Positions 1-10,244 of a DNA stretch of 64,000 bases are shown piece by piece (positions within the stretch are counted from its first letter, which is position 1; every line of letters starts with the position of its first letter). Both the position numbers and the translations under genes were made by a program. Origin of the DNA: Candidatus Gottesmanbacteria bacterium. Its GTDB lineage: Bacteria; Patescibacteriota; Microgenomatia; UBA10105; UBA927. The notes beneath the pieces were generated by a model. That model saw only the letters and a program-made list of their open reading frames with translations, did no database searches and had not been told where the DNA came from. Where the stretch lies: assembly GCA_023245335.1 (NCBI GenBank), contig JAHFKK010000001.1:936019-1000018 (forward strand), read 5' to 3'.

Positions 1-66
1 ACGCACGGAAAAATTAAACACGTTCATTGGTTTATTTTAGCATGTCCTAACTGACACATAATAAGA

Positions 67-1791
67 CTAAACCACTCCGTGTTCAATTTTTAGTCTGCTC
101 ATTTTCCCGGCGATCTCCTCTTCCTCGACGCCGAAATCAGAAAGTAATCGGTTCACGATAGAGAGCGCTGCCTCAAACTCAGGCTGGACGACGACCTGTA
201 CACCCAGGGACTTCAAGTGCCGCTGATCTTCTTCGTGATGCGTACGGCATATAATTTTTATCTTTCTGTTGAGGGATAACGCGTTCCCGATAATCATTTC
301 CTGCGTATGCCGGTCCGGAATCGCGATGACTATCGCCTTAGCTAGATCGACCTGGGCATAGTCAAGTACTTCCTTGTCCGCCGGGTCACCGTATATCGTC
401 TGAATTCCGGATTCTTTCAGAGTTTTCAAGGTCGTCTGATTATAGTCAACGACAAGAAACGGGACTCCAGCCATCTGTAGCGCACGGCCTATATACCGCC
501 CCACTCTGCCGTAGCCACATATGACCACGTGATCCGTGATGGGATATCCTTCGTCCCTCGGAAATTCATTCTCCCGCTCTTCTTCCCGAAAAAATTTCGG
601 AAAACGTCTGGCAAGTGCGGCGAATCCATAGTACACGTCGTGACTTCTCGTAATAAGCGGTGCGCTTATCATGATGGTGAGAAATGTAACCGCAACGAGA
701 ATCGCGGCATGCGTGTCATTGAGGGCGCCGGCGGCAACCCCCGCACGAGCGAGAACAAATCCGAACTCGCTGACCTGCGTGAGGTAGAGCCCAACCAAAA
801 ATGCGGTCTTACGGTGATAATTCATGAAACGAAGCAATCCGAAGCTTATAAACCATTTGACCAAAACGACGCTTGCGGTCAACGCAAGGACAACCGGCCA
901 CACCGTGAACACCGCACTTATGGGTAACGACATCCCCAGAGACACAAAGAAAACGACGGCAAACAGATCCCGCAACGGCCTGATTTCGGCAAATATCGCG
1001 TGATTCTGACTCGTCTCGGCAACGAGTAGACCCGCGAGAAACGCACCAAGGGTTATAGAAAGACCGACCGCATATGTGGTGAGTCCCACAAAAAATACGA
1101 TCCCGATGGTCGTGAGAAGCAAAAGTTCGCGGTTACGGAATGAGCTCACTGCCGTAAGGAGTTTGGGAACCCCGTGTCGGCCCAGATAGACGACAACGGC
1201 AAGGACGACTCCCGCTTTCAGCATCGCGAGGATGACCGTCCCAAAGGAGGCTATGACCGATGTGCTTCCCGAACTTTTAGAAACCGCTGCTAGAAGGATA
1301 AGAATGGGAACAACAGCAAGGTCCTGCACGACCAGCCATCCGGTGGCTACCTCACCCGGTACAGAATCAAGTTCACCGCGTTCGGAAAGGAGCTTCACGA
1401 CAATTGCCGTCGAGGAAAGGGCAGCGGCAGCTCCCAAGTACAGAGCCGGCACAAAACCCACCTGAAAAAGAACCAGGACAAGAAGGACCACAAAAAATGT
1501 CACGAGAATCTGTGCGATTGCTGGCCAGGCAATGACGTGCAGGATACGCCGGAGTTTATGAAATGAGAACTCTATGCCGAGAGCAAACAGTAGAAGCGTC
1601 ACCCCACCTTGGGAAACCATCTCTACTATCGGGTGATTAATTATGCCCGGAAGAAATGTGGCAACCACGATGCCGCCCGCGATATACCCCAGTATAGAGG
1701 GCAGCCGCAGCCGGATCGCGATGACTCCCCCGCCGATCGCTGCGGCAAGGAGAAGAAGAAATGTCGTTATGAGAGAAAGACTGGAAGACAC
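67..1791 (-). CDS. Monovalent cation:proton antiporter (CPA2/Kef-type) with C-terminal TrkA-N/RCK NAD-binding domain
   Basis: Multi-TM N-terminal half; C-terminal half has a Rossmann motif VVICGYGRVGRYIGRAL...VVDYN typical of RCK/TrkA-N domains fused to Kef-type exchangers. Confidence 0.8.
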   Translation of the reverse strand: MSSSLSLITTFLLLLAAAIGGGVIAIRLRLPSILGYIAGGIVVATFLPGIINHPIVEMVSQGGVTLLLFALGIEFSFHKLRRILHVIAWPAIAQILVTFFVVLLVLVLFQVGFVPALYLGAAAALSSTAIVVKLLSERGELDSVPGEVATGWLVVQDLAVVPILILLAAVSKSSGSTSVIASFGTVILAMLKAGVVLAVVVYLGRHGVPKLLTAVSSFRNRELLLLTTIGIVFFVGLTTYAVGLSITLGAFLAGLLVAETSQNHAIFAEIRPLRDLFAVVFFVSLGMSLPISAVFTVWPVVLALTASVVLVKWFISFGLLRFMNYHRKTAFLVGLYLTQVSEFGFVLARAGVAAGALNDTHAAILVAVTFLTIMISAPLITRSHDVYYGFAALARRFPKFFREEERENEFPRDEGYPITDHVVICGYGRVGRYIGRALQMAGVPFLVVDYNQTTLKTLKESGIQTIYGDPADKEVLDYAQVDLAKAIVIAIPDRHTQEMIIGNALSLNRKIKIICRTHHEEDQRHLKSLGVQVVVQPEFEAALSIVNRLLSDFGVEEEEIAGKMSRLKIEHGVV

Positions 1792-1844
1792 ATCAATGTC
1801 GTCACACCGGCAAAGTCAAAGGCAACATCTCATCAATATTTTCT

Positions 1845-2585
1845 TTACGCTTTTGACGTTTGATGTATGACGCTATTCATATCATCCGGTATCGGAGCCT
1901 CGACGTCAACCCGAGCCCCTCCCGTCGGGTGGGTAAATGTCACTTTCCACGCGTGCAGCATGACACGCGGCGCCCACACACGATCTGATCGTGACGTCTT
2001 TCTGCCGGCGTATTGCCAGTCTCCGACAATCGGATGGTTTATATATTTGAGGTGCACCCGAATCTGATGCGTGCGGCCCGTTTCGGGATATAACTCAACG
2101 AGACTTATTTCTTCTTTCTGTTTGCCGTTGGGCGTGATCCATGAATTGTGGACGGTATATCGCGTCACCGCTTCTTTTCCTCCGGGGACGATACCGAACC
2201 GCTCGCGGTTCCAAGGAAGCCGACCTACCGGCGCCCGAATTTCTCCGATCTGGGGAACCACACGCCCGTGCACGATGGCAAGATACGTCTTTTTGATGAT
2301 GCGTTCCTTAAATTGCCGCTGAAGTTCAACAAACGCTACAGGGTTTTTGGCGATGAGAAGACATCCGGAAGTTTCTTTATCTATCCGGTGTACAATGCCG
2401 GCGCGTTCGGAGAATATCTTTTCTTCATCTGTCGAAGGTGTAAACTCATTACTTTTTATGAAGACCTCGGCCCAATCCTGCACCGTCTCCCCTTGAACCG
2501 ATTCAGCGCGATTGACGACAATTCCCGGAGGCTTATTTACAACGAGCAGATCCGAATCTTCCAATAGTATGGGAATGGCTATCAT
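1845..2585 (-). CDS. RluA-family 23S rRNA/tRNA pseudouridine synthase
   Basis: HRIDKETSGCLLIAKN catalytic Asp motif and S4-like N-terminus. The start was moved to the internal Met (MIAIPILLED...), which gives an ATGA overlap with the upstream dksA-like stop. Confidence 0.8.
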   Translation of the reverse strand: MIAIPILLEDSDLLVVNKPPGIVVNRAESVQGETVQDWAEVFIKSNEFTPSTDEEKIFSERAGIVHRIDKETSGCLLIAKNPVAFVELQRQFKERIIKKTYLAIVHGRVVPQIGEIRAPVGRLPWNRERFGIVPGGKEAVTRYTVHNSWITPNGKQKEEISLVELYPETGRTHQIRVHLKYINHPIVGDWQYAGRKTSRSDRVWAPRVMLHAWKVTFTHPTGGARVDVEAPIPDDMNSVIHQTSKA

Positions 2586-2962
2586 GCCTTCGCTTTTTGT
2601 TTCGCAGTCAATTCCTTTTCGTGCGTGAGACACAATGTGGCAGTCGGCATGATGGCTAATCGATCCGTGTCGATCATCTGGCCGCAGACGCTGCAAAAGC
2701 CATACGTACCGTCGGTGATCCGGCCGAGAGCCTTTTCTACATTTGTAAGCTGCTGCTTGAGCTCATCAACGAGCGCGGCAACCCGATCATGATTCGATTC
2801 TTCATTTGCTTCCGTATCGGAGGCTGCGTTGTCGTTTGTCCGGTCTAGATCAGTAAACGGATCTTGGACATTGAGCTCTCGCATCCGCGCAAGGAGCCGG
2901 GCTTTCTCTTCCGTCAAATGCTTCTCGAGATCAACGAGTGTGTCTTTTGGAAACTGTTGCAT
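2582..2962 (-). CDS. DksA/TraR family C4-type zinc-finger protein
   Basis: C-terminal CSVCGQMIDTDRLAIMPTATLCLTHEK four-Cys finger after a coiled-coil N-terminus; TGA stop overlaps the rluA-like ATG. Confidence 0.7.
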   Translation of the reverse strand: MQQFPKDTLVDLEKHLTEEKARLLARMRELNVQDPFTDLDRTNDNAASDTEANEESNHDRVAALVDELKQQLTNVEKALGRITDGTYGFCSVCGQMIDTDRLAIMPTATLCLTHEKELTAKQKAKA

Positions 2963-3773
2963 AAAATATTTTCCCTTTCTCCGCTATAAACGAATGAACG
3001 GCGTGGGTGATTGGTCGTATCGATTCTCTCCCTCCGCCGCGCACATACAGCACACCAATACATTCAGCAAAAATGCCAATCAAGATCCATTGATTGGCAG
3101 TCAAGCCTCCCCAGTATACTGTACTTTCTTTCAGAAATTCAAGAGCAAACATAAAAACACTGTATAGAAAAAAGAACCAAACGCCGACAATGCCATACGC
3201 CCACTTTTTGGCGGCCGCAATCGTGGTGAGCTTCACCATAAGGGTACTCAACAACACCAGTGCCATCATTTCATAGAGTTCTACGGGATGACGCCCCCCC
3301 GCGAAGCCGACAAATCGAATTGCCCACGGAAGTGCTGTTCTCTTCCCGATTTCTAATCCGCTCATAAGTGCCGCTGTCTCGCCGATGATGATAGGAAGCG
3401 GTAACGCAACCGGCAGCGAATCCAGGACAAGACCGAGACGTACTTTATACCGGCGGCAGAGGACGATAAGCGTCGCGAGTCCCCCGACTAACGCGCCGAG
3501 CCAGGATAAACCGGGGGCAATCCAAAGAGCCGGTATAAGAAGCAATGACTTCCCGATAAAGAGATTTAAATGCGTTACGACAAAACCAAGCCGGGCGGTG
3601 AAAAGCGCAAAAATGGTACTGTAAAACGTGAGGTCAAACACCCGGTCCTCCTCGACAGCCCACCGCCGGAGCGACCGCCATACCAAAAACGAATATGCCA
3701 GCCATGCCAAAACCAAAAGGATATTCGAGACGAAGACCGATACATGCGCTATGGGAAACTCTATGGGCATCAT
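2931..3773 (-). CDS. Prolipoprotein diacylglyceryl transferase-like membrane protein (Lgt-like)
   Basis: Polytopic membrane protein with a degenerate Lgt signature (FAGGRHPVELYEM) and C-terminal LYSVFMFALEFLKES resembling the Lgt YSxxRFxxEFxRE segment; assigned by eye. Confidence 0.5.
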   Translation of the reverse strand: MMPIEFPIAHVSVFVSNILLVLAWLAYSFLVWRSLRRWAVEEDRVFDLTFYSTIFALFTARLGFVVTHLNLFIGKSLLLIPALWIAPGLSWLGALVGGLATLIVLCRRYKVRLGLVLDSLPVALPLPIIIGETAALMSGLEIGKRTALPWAIRFVGFAGGRHPVELYEMMALVLLSTLMVKLTTIAAAKKWAYGIVGVWFFFLYSVFMFALEFLKESTVYWGGLTANQWILIGIFAECIGVLYVRGGGRESIRPITHAVHSFIAEKGKIFYATVSKRHTR

Positions 3774-3790
3774 ATATCTATTCTACCGCA

Positions 3791-5083
3791 TCAAACTTTT
3801 TTTGCGTATCGAAATCGGTAGAGGCCGTATGAAAATACACACAATCCCAAAAAGAATATGACTTTCCCGACGCCGATAAGATCCGCAAGTACCCCGCTGA
3901 CGACAACGGGCAGGATGCCTGCTCCGCCGACGGAAGCAGAAAGGATGCCATACACCCGGCCCCGGACTTCACCGACCGCTTCTTTCTGGATAATGCTGTT
4001 TGACGGCACGTCCAAAAAACTGTTCGCGACACCCAGTAAGAAAAACAGTCCGAGAGCGATCGTCAAAACGAGTCCGCGGGGCACTAAGGTAAACCAAAAC
4101 GCATTGGTAGCCGCAAATATTGCCGAGACGAGCATGAGAATGGATCCTGCGGAAAGGACGCCGATATTAATGAGTCTGCCGGCAGGAAATTTGTACCCTC
4201 GGTTGCCCATCCACAATGCACCGGAAAGAATACCCAAGATAGTCGGTCCCACGATAAGAACCGACGCATCCCGTATATCGATCCTGAGAACTTTATCTGC
4301 AAAGCCAGGGCCGAGCGTCCCGAGAAGGACGAGGATAATTTGCGTACCGGTGAGAAGAACAACCGCGTCACGGAGAACGTGTGAACGAGCCACATACTGG
4401 AGACCTTCCCGCAAATCAGTCAATAGCCGCCTGAAAATATACGCCAAGTCATAGTGGAAAATATACCGGAGACTGCGCACCCCCTCACCTTGTGGTGGTA
4501 TGCCGGAGACAGAAATTGCCGCACCGACAAACAAAAGAAACAACATAAGATGTGCGCCTTCCCGACCGAATATCCGTAAAGCCGGGCCTGCAAAAATAAA
4601 TCCGACTGCCATACTGCTATAAAACGTAAAGGAAAATAAGCTGTTAGCGGATACGAGGTGTGTTTTCGGAACGAACTGCGGGATAAGCGGAACTTCGGAA
4701 GGTGTCGTCAACTGCATGATAATGGCGTAGAAAAAGACCAAAAGATAAATCGCTGCAATCTGATGGGGCAAAAGAAACACGGGAATGATAAGTAGCGCCC
4801 GGGTGATATGCGATACCAAAAGCACTGCACGCCGGTCAAGCCGGTCGACTATGACGCCTCCGACCGCGCCGAAAAGAAGAGACGGCAAACCATATGATAA
4901 AAAAAGGCCGGATACGGCAGTGTTACTCCCTGTACGTCGGTAGAGTAAAATCGCGAGCAGGAAGATAAGCATGTTGCTCGCAAGCTGTGATGCCATCTGT
5001 CCCAGCCAAAGTCTCCGAAATAACCGATTCCGAAGGACGTCCAAAATAGGGTGAACCTGCTGGGTAATCTGTGTGACCTTCAT
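3791..5083 (-). CDS. MFS transporter
   Basis: 12-TM profile; motif GAVGGVIVDRLDRR between TM2 and TM3, typical of the major facilitator superfamily. Confidence 0.8.
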   Translation of the reverse strand: MKVTQITQQVHPILDVLRNRLFRRLWLGQMASQLASNMLIFLLAILLYRRTGSNTAVSGLFLSYGLPSLLFGAVGGVIVDRLDRRAVLLVSHITRALLIIPVFLLPHQIAAIYLLVFFYAIIMQLTTPSEVPLIPQFVPKTHLVSANSLFSFTFYSSMAVGFIFAGPALRIFGREGAHLMLFLLFVGAAISVSGIPPQGEGVRSLRYIFHYDLAYIFRRLLTDLREGLQYVARSHVLRDAVVLLTGTQIILVLLGTLGPGFADKVLRIDIRDASVLIVGPTILGILSGALWMGNRGYKFPAGRLINIGVLSAGSILMLVSAIFAATNAFWFTLVPRGLVLTIALGLFFLLGVANSFLDVPSNSIIQKEAVGEVRGRVYGILSASVGGAGILPVVVSGVLADLIGVGKVIFFLGLCVFSYGLYRFRYAKKV

Positions 5084-5131
5084 AATCGTATGTATTTTGC
5101 AACTTTTCTCATCTTATCATACAATTTCCTT

Positions 5132-5605
5132 ATGACCGCAACCGCTCATGCCCTGGTCGCAGGCAGTATTGCCGCCCATTTCACCGACCCCGCAACCGCC
5201 ATCCTCCTTGCGCTCACGTCTCACTATGTCATGGACAGCATCCCCCACTGGGACTTCGGAACCGATTGGCGAACCCGTCCGAAGGCACAAACCGGCGCGC
5301 TCGCGATCCTTGAGACACTTTTTGGCATGACCGTCGCCGTATGGGCATTCCATGGTATTGTCGCCTTACCGCTTCTTCTTGCGACCATCGTCGTCTCATT
5401 GCTGCCGGACTGGCTGGAAACGCCGTGGTATATATTTTTCGCGCGCCGTGACTCTAAAGGAGTATCGAAACATGCTCCCCTTTTGGAAAAATTATCATAC
5501 GGATTTTATAAAGTGCCAAACGTCTTTCATACCAAAGCATCAATGGGTTTTGGATTACTCACACAGGCAGTCACCGTCGGGTTCTTCTATATCCTTCTCA
5601 AGTAA
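5132..5605 (+). CDS. Membrane-bound metal-dependent hydrolase-like protein (DUF457/YdjM-like)
   Basis: Small 4-TM protein with conserved His/Asp (HYVMDSIPHWDFG). The ORF track start at 5051 overlaps the divergent MFS gene, so the internal Met at 5132 was chosen. Confidence 0.4.
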   Translation: MTATAHALVAGSIAAHFTDPATAILLALTSHYVMDSIPHWDFGTDWRTRPKAQTGALAILETLFGMTVAVWAFHGIVALPLLLATIVVSLLPDWLETPWYIFFARRDSKGVSKHAPLLEKLSYGFYKVPNVFHTKASMGFGLLTQAVTVGFFYILLK

Positions 5606-5612
5606 CCGTGCG

Positions 5613-6569
5613 TCATGTACGTCGTACACGAATGAGGCCGGAGCACGGAATAATCTTGATCGTATTCTTTTCAAACTCATCTAGGAGTAGGTTCATCCCG
5701 AGACTATCGGAACTCATGTGACCCGCGATAACCAGATTGATGTGGTACTTGATCGCTTCCTTACGGTGTTCTTCCCCGGCGTGCATACCGATAACCGTGC
5801 CCACTCCCGCCATAGCCAATTTTTCGTAAATAATATGTGAAGGTTCTGTGCCTCCGGTGAATTCGATAGGGGCAATCTTTCCGGCCCTGTTTTTGGGGTC
5901 ACCGGCAAATATCACGGGACCTGCTTTCCCTTTCATCGCTTCGATGTATTCCGGTTCTGCTTTCAAAACTTCCAATACTTCTCCGACTGTTTCCGGTTTT
6001 CGTTTTTCGAAAAGCTTTTCCATGTACGTATGAACGAGATTGTCCGTGATCGTATGGGTGCTCATAAATGCAAAGCCCAGTAATCTCGCGGCGTCAATTG
6101 CCTGGGTGTGATTTATAGGACTAAACCGACGCTGGACCTCACCGATCCTATCGCGCATGACGCCTTCGGCGATATTTATCGGTACGCCGTATTTCGCCCA
6201 AATATCCGCCTGCACATCCATAACTTCATGAAGAGCCGCGAGTGACCCGCCTTCCGGATGATGCGTCAAAAGTAAATCGATTCCCTCGCCTTTTTGGTTC
6301 AGACGATCGGCAAGAAGCACCTCAGCCGCGTTTATATCTATGCCGGCCATAATGGTGTCTACGTCGAGGTCGGACTTCCCGAGATAAATGCGCGAATCCG
6401 TATACGGATTCGTCAAATCTTCCGTGTCAAATTCTTTTTGCTTGGATTTGGGAAGTTCTGCGTATTCCTTTTTCCTGCGGGCAAGCATTTTTTCGACGCC
6501 TCCCTTTCCGCGTGGATCCGCTTCTATACCCATTTTTACCGCTAACGCATACAGGTTTTGTAGTTTCAT
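5613..6569 (-). CDS. Nif3-family dinuclear metal-centre protein (YqfO/GTP cyclohydrolase 1 type 2 homolog)
   Basis: LLLTHHP and C-terminal AGHMSSD motifs matching Nif3 (ThHP...GHYxsE). Start trimmed to MKLQNLY because the longer ORF runs into the tRNA. Confidence 0.7.
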   Translation of the reverse strand: MKLQNLYALAVKMGIEADPRGKGGVEKMLARRKKEYAELPKSKQKEFDTEDLTNPYTDSRIYLGKSDLDVDTIMAGIDINAAEVLLADRLNQKGEGIDLLLTHHPEGGSLAALHEVMDVQADIWAKYGVPINIAEGVMRDRIGEVQRRFSPINHTQAIDAARLLGFAFMSTHTITDNLVHTYMEKLFEKRKPETVGEVLEVLKAEPEYIEAMKGKAGPVIFAGDPKNRAGKIAPIEFTGGTEPSHIIYEKLAMAGVGTVIGMHAGEEHRKEAIKYHINLVIAGHMSSDSLGMNLLLDEFEKNTIKIIPCSGLIRVRRT

Positions 6570-6599
6570 ATCCAAAATTGTATCACATCTTCCTTGGAG

Positions 6600-6684
6600 T
6601 GGCGTGGGAGAGACTCGAACTCTCACGAAGTGTTATCTTCACAGGTTTTTGAGACCTGCGCGTCTACCATTCCGCCACCACGCC
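6600..6684 (-). tRNA. tRNA-Leu (anticodon CAA), type II with long variable arm
   Basis: Reverse complement reads GGCGTGG-TG-GCGGAATGGTAGACGC...CAGGT-CTCAAAA-ACCTG...long variable arm...GAGAG-TTCGAGT-CTCTC-CCACGCC-A. Acceptor and T stems pair, the D-arm is tRNA-Leu-like, and the anticodon loop is CU-CAA-AA. Confidence 0.85.
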
Positions 6685-6731
6685 CTATGGGTATTATACT
6701 GCAAAAACGCGGGCAACGAGAAGCCGGGGTA

Positions 6732-8084
6732 TTAATTAGCGGCGGGTGGTTGTACCTCCGTATGTTTCCGTTCGACGGAATAGAATCGGATCCGGTCACC
6801 GCGGAAAATAAGGTCTATCTCGCCCAAGGGACCGTTCCGGTGCTTGGCGATCCTGAGCTTGGTCGGAATCTGTTCGCCCCACATCGTCTGATCGGCTTCC
6901 TCTCGGTAGATAAACATGACAACGTCTGCATCCTGTTCGATGGAACCGGACTCGCGTAAGTCAGAAAGTTCCGGTACTCTCGTCCCCCGCGCTTCTACCG
7001 CCCGCGACAGTTGTGAACAGGCAAGAACCGGAATACGGAGCTCACGCGCGAGATTTTTCAGACTCTGGGATATGATGGATACTTCCTGCACGCGGTTATC
7101 AAATTTACGGCCGGCATCGGCAAGCTGTAAATAGTCGACGATAATGAGCTTCACGCCGTGCTCCACCTGAAGCCTCCGGGCTTTCGTCCGCATTTCGACG
7201 ATATTCATGCCCGGCGTATCGTCGACATACAGCGGCGCCTCGGCCAACTCCCCCATGGCATCGGATAGCTTGGTGAAGTCATCGTCGGTAAGCCGTCCGG
7301 TTTTCAACCGCCAGGCGTCTATATCCGCCTGCGATACGAGGAGCCGGTCCACCAATTCTTCCTTGCTCATTTCCAGAGAAAATATGCCAGTCGGAATTTT
7401 TTCCTTGACCGTCGCGTATTGGGCGATATTGAGTATCATCGCGGTTTTGCCCGTGCCGGGTCGGGCGGCTAGGATAATAAGGTTCGCGTCCTGCATCCCG
7501 GCGAGCTTACTATCGAGTTCCGTAAATCCGGTCGGTATTCCCCGGAGTCCTCCGGCTCGTTTATGAAGTTCGTCCAACCGGTCAAACGACGAGGCCAATG
7601 CATCCTTAATCGGGATAAAATCGCGCCGAGTGGTTGACTGGGATATAGCAAAGATCTCCTGTTCCGCCTCTTCGACGATATCTCGTGCGTTACCTTCTTC
7701 TTTGAACGCAAGTTCCGTAATTTTGGCGGCCGACTGGACGAGCTGCCGCTTGGTCGCCTGCTCCTGGATGATGCGCGCATATTGCTCCGCATGCGCGCTG
7801 GTCGGAACGATATTGAGAAGTTCCGAAAGATACGCGGCTCCTCCGACACCCTTAAGTGACCCTGTTTTTTTCATCTGCGCCGTGACCGTCACGACGTCAA
7901 TTGGTTCATGTGCTTCATAAAGCTCCATCATCGCGGAATAAATGAGTCCGTTGGCGTCTTTGTAGAAATGGTGCGGCCGCAAAAACTCAGCGACATCTAT
8001 CATGGTGTCTTTATCGATGAGAATAGCTCCCAGGACGGACTGTTCGGCAACATCATCATGGGGCGGGACTTTCACGTTTGGCAT
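6732..8084 (-). CDS. dnaB: Replicative DNA helicase DnaB
   Basis: N-terminal DnaB helicase domain (DVAEQSVLGAILID), Walker A GARPGTGKT, RecA-like C-terminal fold. Confidence 0.9.
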   Translation of the reverse strand: MPNVKVPPHDDVAEQSVLGAILIDKDTMIDVAEFLRPHHFYKDANGLIYSAMMELYEAHEPIDVVTVTAQMKKTGSLKGVGGAAYLSELLNIVPTSAHAEQYARIIQEQATKRQLVQSAAKITELAFKEEGNARDIVEEAEQEIFAISQSTTRRDFIPIKDALASSFDRLDELHKRAGGLRGIPTGFTELDSKLAGMQDANLIILAARPGTGKTAMILNIAQYATVKEKIPTGIFSLEMSKEELVDRLLVSQADIDAWRLKTGRLTDDDFTKLSDAMGELAEAPLYVDDTPGMNIVEMRTKARRLQVEHGVKLIIVDYLQLADAGRKFDNRVQEVSIISQSLKNLARELRIPVLACSQLSRAVEARGTRVPELSDLRESGSIEQDADVVMFIYREEADQTMWGEQIPTKLRIAKHRNGPLGEIDLIFRGDRIRFYSVERKHTEVQPPAAN

Positions 8085-8143
8085 AGAAACAACGAGCAGA
8101 ATAATCGTTGACCCATACCCTGTTCATGACGAACAGTATGAGA

Positions 8144-8791
8144 TTACTCAAGGACGACTATCTGCATCTCCGCGGGCAGTTTGTCTTTGGTGACGGACAA
8201 TTTGGGAACCGGAACAACACCCTCTTTGCCCATTTCTTTCAAAAATAACGAGACCGGGGAAAGTTTTTCTTTCAGCATGGCGCTCGACTGATTCGCCGCA
8301 TAGTGCATCGGGATAACGATCTTCGGATCGATCGCAGCAACCACACCCGCCGCAACCTTGGCATCGATCGTAAAAAACCCGCCAACCGGAACAAAGAGCA
8401 CATCGACGCCATCCAATATATCCACCTGTTGGCTCGTGAGCTCGTGTCCGAGATCGCCAAGATGCGCAAACCGTACGCCATCCAGCTCGATACGATATGC
8501 GGTATTTTTGCCGCGCACATTTCCGCCTTCCGCGTCGTGAAACGTCGACACACCGATGACCCCCGCTCCCTTTATCTCATACTCGCCCGGCCCGCGAATG
8601 ACAAACGGCGTGCCCGAAACGGAAGCAACGTGATTGTGATCCGGATGTTCGTGAGAAATCGTGACGACGTCTGCTTCTACATTCTTGGGAAATTTCAGGC
8701 CAACTTTCGCTGAATCGTACGGATCAGTTACGACGGTCACCGTCTTGCCTCGGAGCTTAAAGGCTGCATGTCCAAGCGGAAGTATATCCAT
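8144..8791 (-). CDS. MBL-fold metal-dependent hydrolase (UPF0173-like)
   Basis: HxHxDH motif (ISHEHPDHNH) and downstream His/Asp ligands. Confidence 0.8.
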   Translation of the reverse strand: MDILPLGHAAFKLRGKTVTVVTDPYDSAKVGLKFPKNVEADVVTISHEHPDHNHVASVSGTPFVIRGPGEYEIKGAGVIGVSTFHDAEGGNVRGKNTAYRIELDGVRFAHLGDLGHELTSQQVDILDGVDVLFVPVGGFFTIDAKVAAGVVAAIDPKIVIPMHYAANQSSAMLKEKLSPVSLFLKEMGKEGVVPVPKLSVTKDKLPAEMQIVVLE

Positions 8792-8930
8792 AGTATTTGC
8801 AATTTATAACAGATTTGGGTATCCTAATCAACGCCCCCTCTTGCTATAAGCTGTGGGGACTGCCTCTTTAGTCTTTTGATTTTATTCTCTTTAATATTAA
8901 TATTTTTATATCGCCGGCATCGTATTGCAT

Positions 8931-9386
8931 ATGAATAAAGACGCGGTACTTGCAACAGTCATAGGATTTGGCGTCGGCCTGGTCATTGCCGGGCTGGTTT
9001 TTTTGGGGCCTACGCTTTTCAAAAATCTACCGCATTTCTCTCTGCCGAACCTGTCATTTTTATCTTCACTTGTACCAAAAAATCGAGGGGCACACCCTAC
9101 CCCCACTCCGACCCCGGGCACGCATGCACTTACCGTAGAGAGTCCGCTTCCCGAAGCAATAGAACCCAAAAATGAAACACTCATTTCCGGTAACGCCCCG
9201 GCCAATGCAATTGTCGTATTAGAGGGTGAAAGCAACGAGGCGGTCGTCATAGCAACTCCACAAGGAGCATACGCCGGAAAAGTGTCGTTAGGAGAAGGAA
9301 AGAACGCTCTTCGTGTCACGAGTTATTCTGGTAAAGAAGTACAAACTCAAAGCTTGACGGTGTACTACACACCCGAAAATTTTTAA
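8931..9386 (+). CDS. Hypothetical membrane-anchored protein with Ig-like beta domain
   Basis: N-terminal TM helix, Pro/Thr linker, beta-rich C-terminus. A promoter-like TTGATT-N16-TAATAT lies upstream. Confidence 0.45.
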   Translation: MNKDAVLATVIGFGVGLVIAGLVFLGPTLFKNLPHFSLPNLSFLSSLVPKNRGAHPTPTPTPGTHALTVESPLPEAIEPKNETLISGNAPANAIVVLEGESNEAVVIATPQGAYAGKVSLGEGKNALRVTSYSGKEVQTQSLTVYYTPENF

Positions 9387-9389
9387 CGT

Positions 9390-10205
9390 ATGAAAAAAAA
9401 TCTCTCACCATTCGCTTTCATTCTTCTCGTCATCTTCCTCGCCGCATTCGCCCGGCCAGTCTATGCAGTCGTCGGAACGACACCAACCGTGCTTCCGACC
9501 TCACCGCCCGCTACAACATCGGCTGATATACAAATCGAAAAGCTCAAAGAGCGCCTTGCAACCAAAGTCGCGGAACTCCGGACGCTCGTGAAGCGCGCGA
9601 TGTTCGGCACGGTCAAAACGGTCTCGGTCGCTTCCGCAACAGTCGAAACCAGCACCAAAGACATAAAGATTGAATTGGGCGACGGCGTGTCAGTCGCACA
9701 AATAATAAGCGGCAAACGGACGACGCTCACAACCGATGATATATCCGTCGGCGATCCGATCACAGTGTTCGGCACCTACGACAACACACTCGATCTTCTG
9801 AAAGCGCAGTTTATCTTCATAGAAAGTAGTATCGTCACGCAACACATCTCCGGCACGGTCAGCGACATAAGCGCAAAAGATTTTACGATGACAGTACATA
9901 CACCGGAAGGTCGCACCATCGTTGTCGATGTCGAGAAAACCACAAAAGCGACGTCCTGGAATAAAGCTGATGGCGTTACCAAGTCAGGATTTTCCAAAAT
10001 CGCAGTCGGTGATACGGTCCATGTGGCGGGCGTCGCCGAACCCAAAAAGGACGATCACATAAGCGCGAACCGCATACTGGATCTCGGTAACCTGTCGGGG
10101 GCAGTACCCAGCCCGACAGCAACACCTACCGTGGTTGCCTCCGATAGCGCGACTCCCAAACCAACCGCCAAATCCGCGAAAACAACGCTGTCTCCCACCC
10201 CATAG
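9390..10205 (+). CDS. Secreted DUF5666-like repeat protein
   Basis: Signal peptide (MKKNLSPFAFILLVIFLAAFARPVYA), two internal beta-domain repeats, Pro/Thr/Ser-rich C-terminal tail. Confidence 0.5.
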   Translation: MKKNLSPFAFILLVIFLAAFARPVYAVVGTTPTVLPTSPPATTSADIQIEKLKERLATKVAELRTLVKRAMFGTVKTVSVASATVETSTKDIKIELGDGVSVAQIISGKRTTLTTDDISVGDPITVFGTYDNTLDLLKAQFIFIESSIVTQHISGTVSDISAKDFTMTVHTPEGRTIVVDVEKTTKATSWNKADGVTKSGFSKIAVGDTVHVAGVAEPKKDDHISANRILDLGNLSGAVPSPTATPTVVASDSATPKPTAKSAKTTLSPTP

Positions 10206-10244
10206 CGCTTGTCCTCCGATATATTCACGTGTTACCATGCTGAT

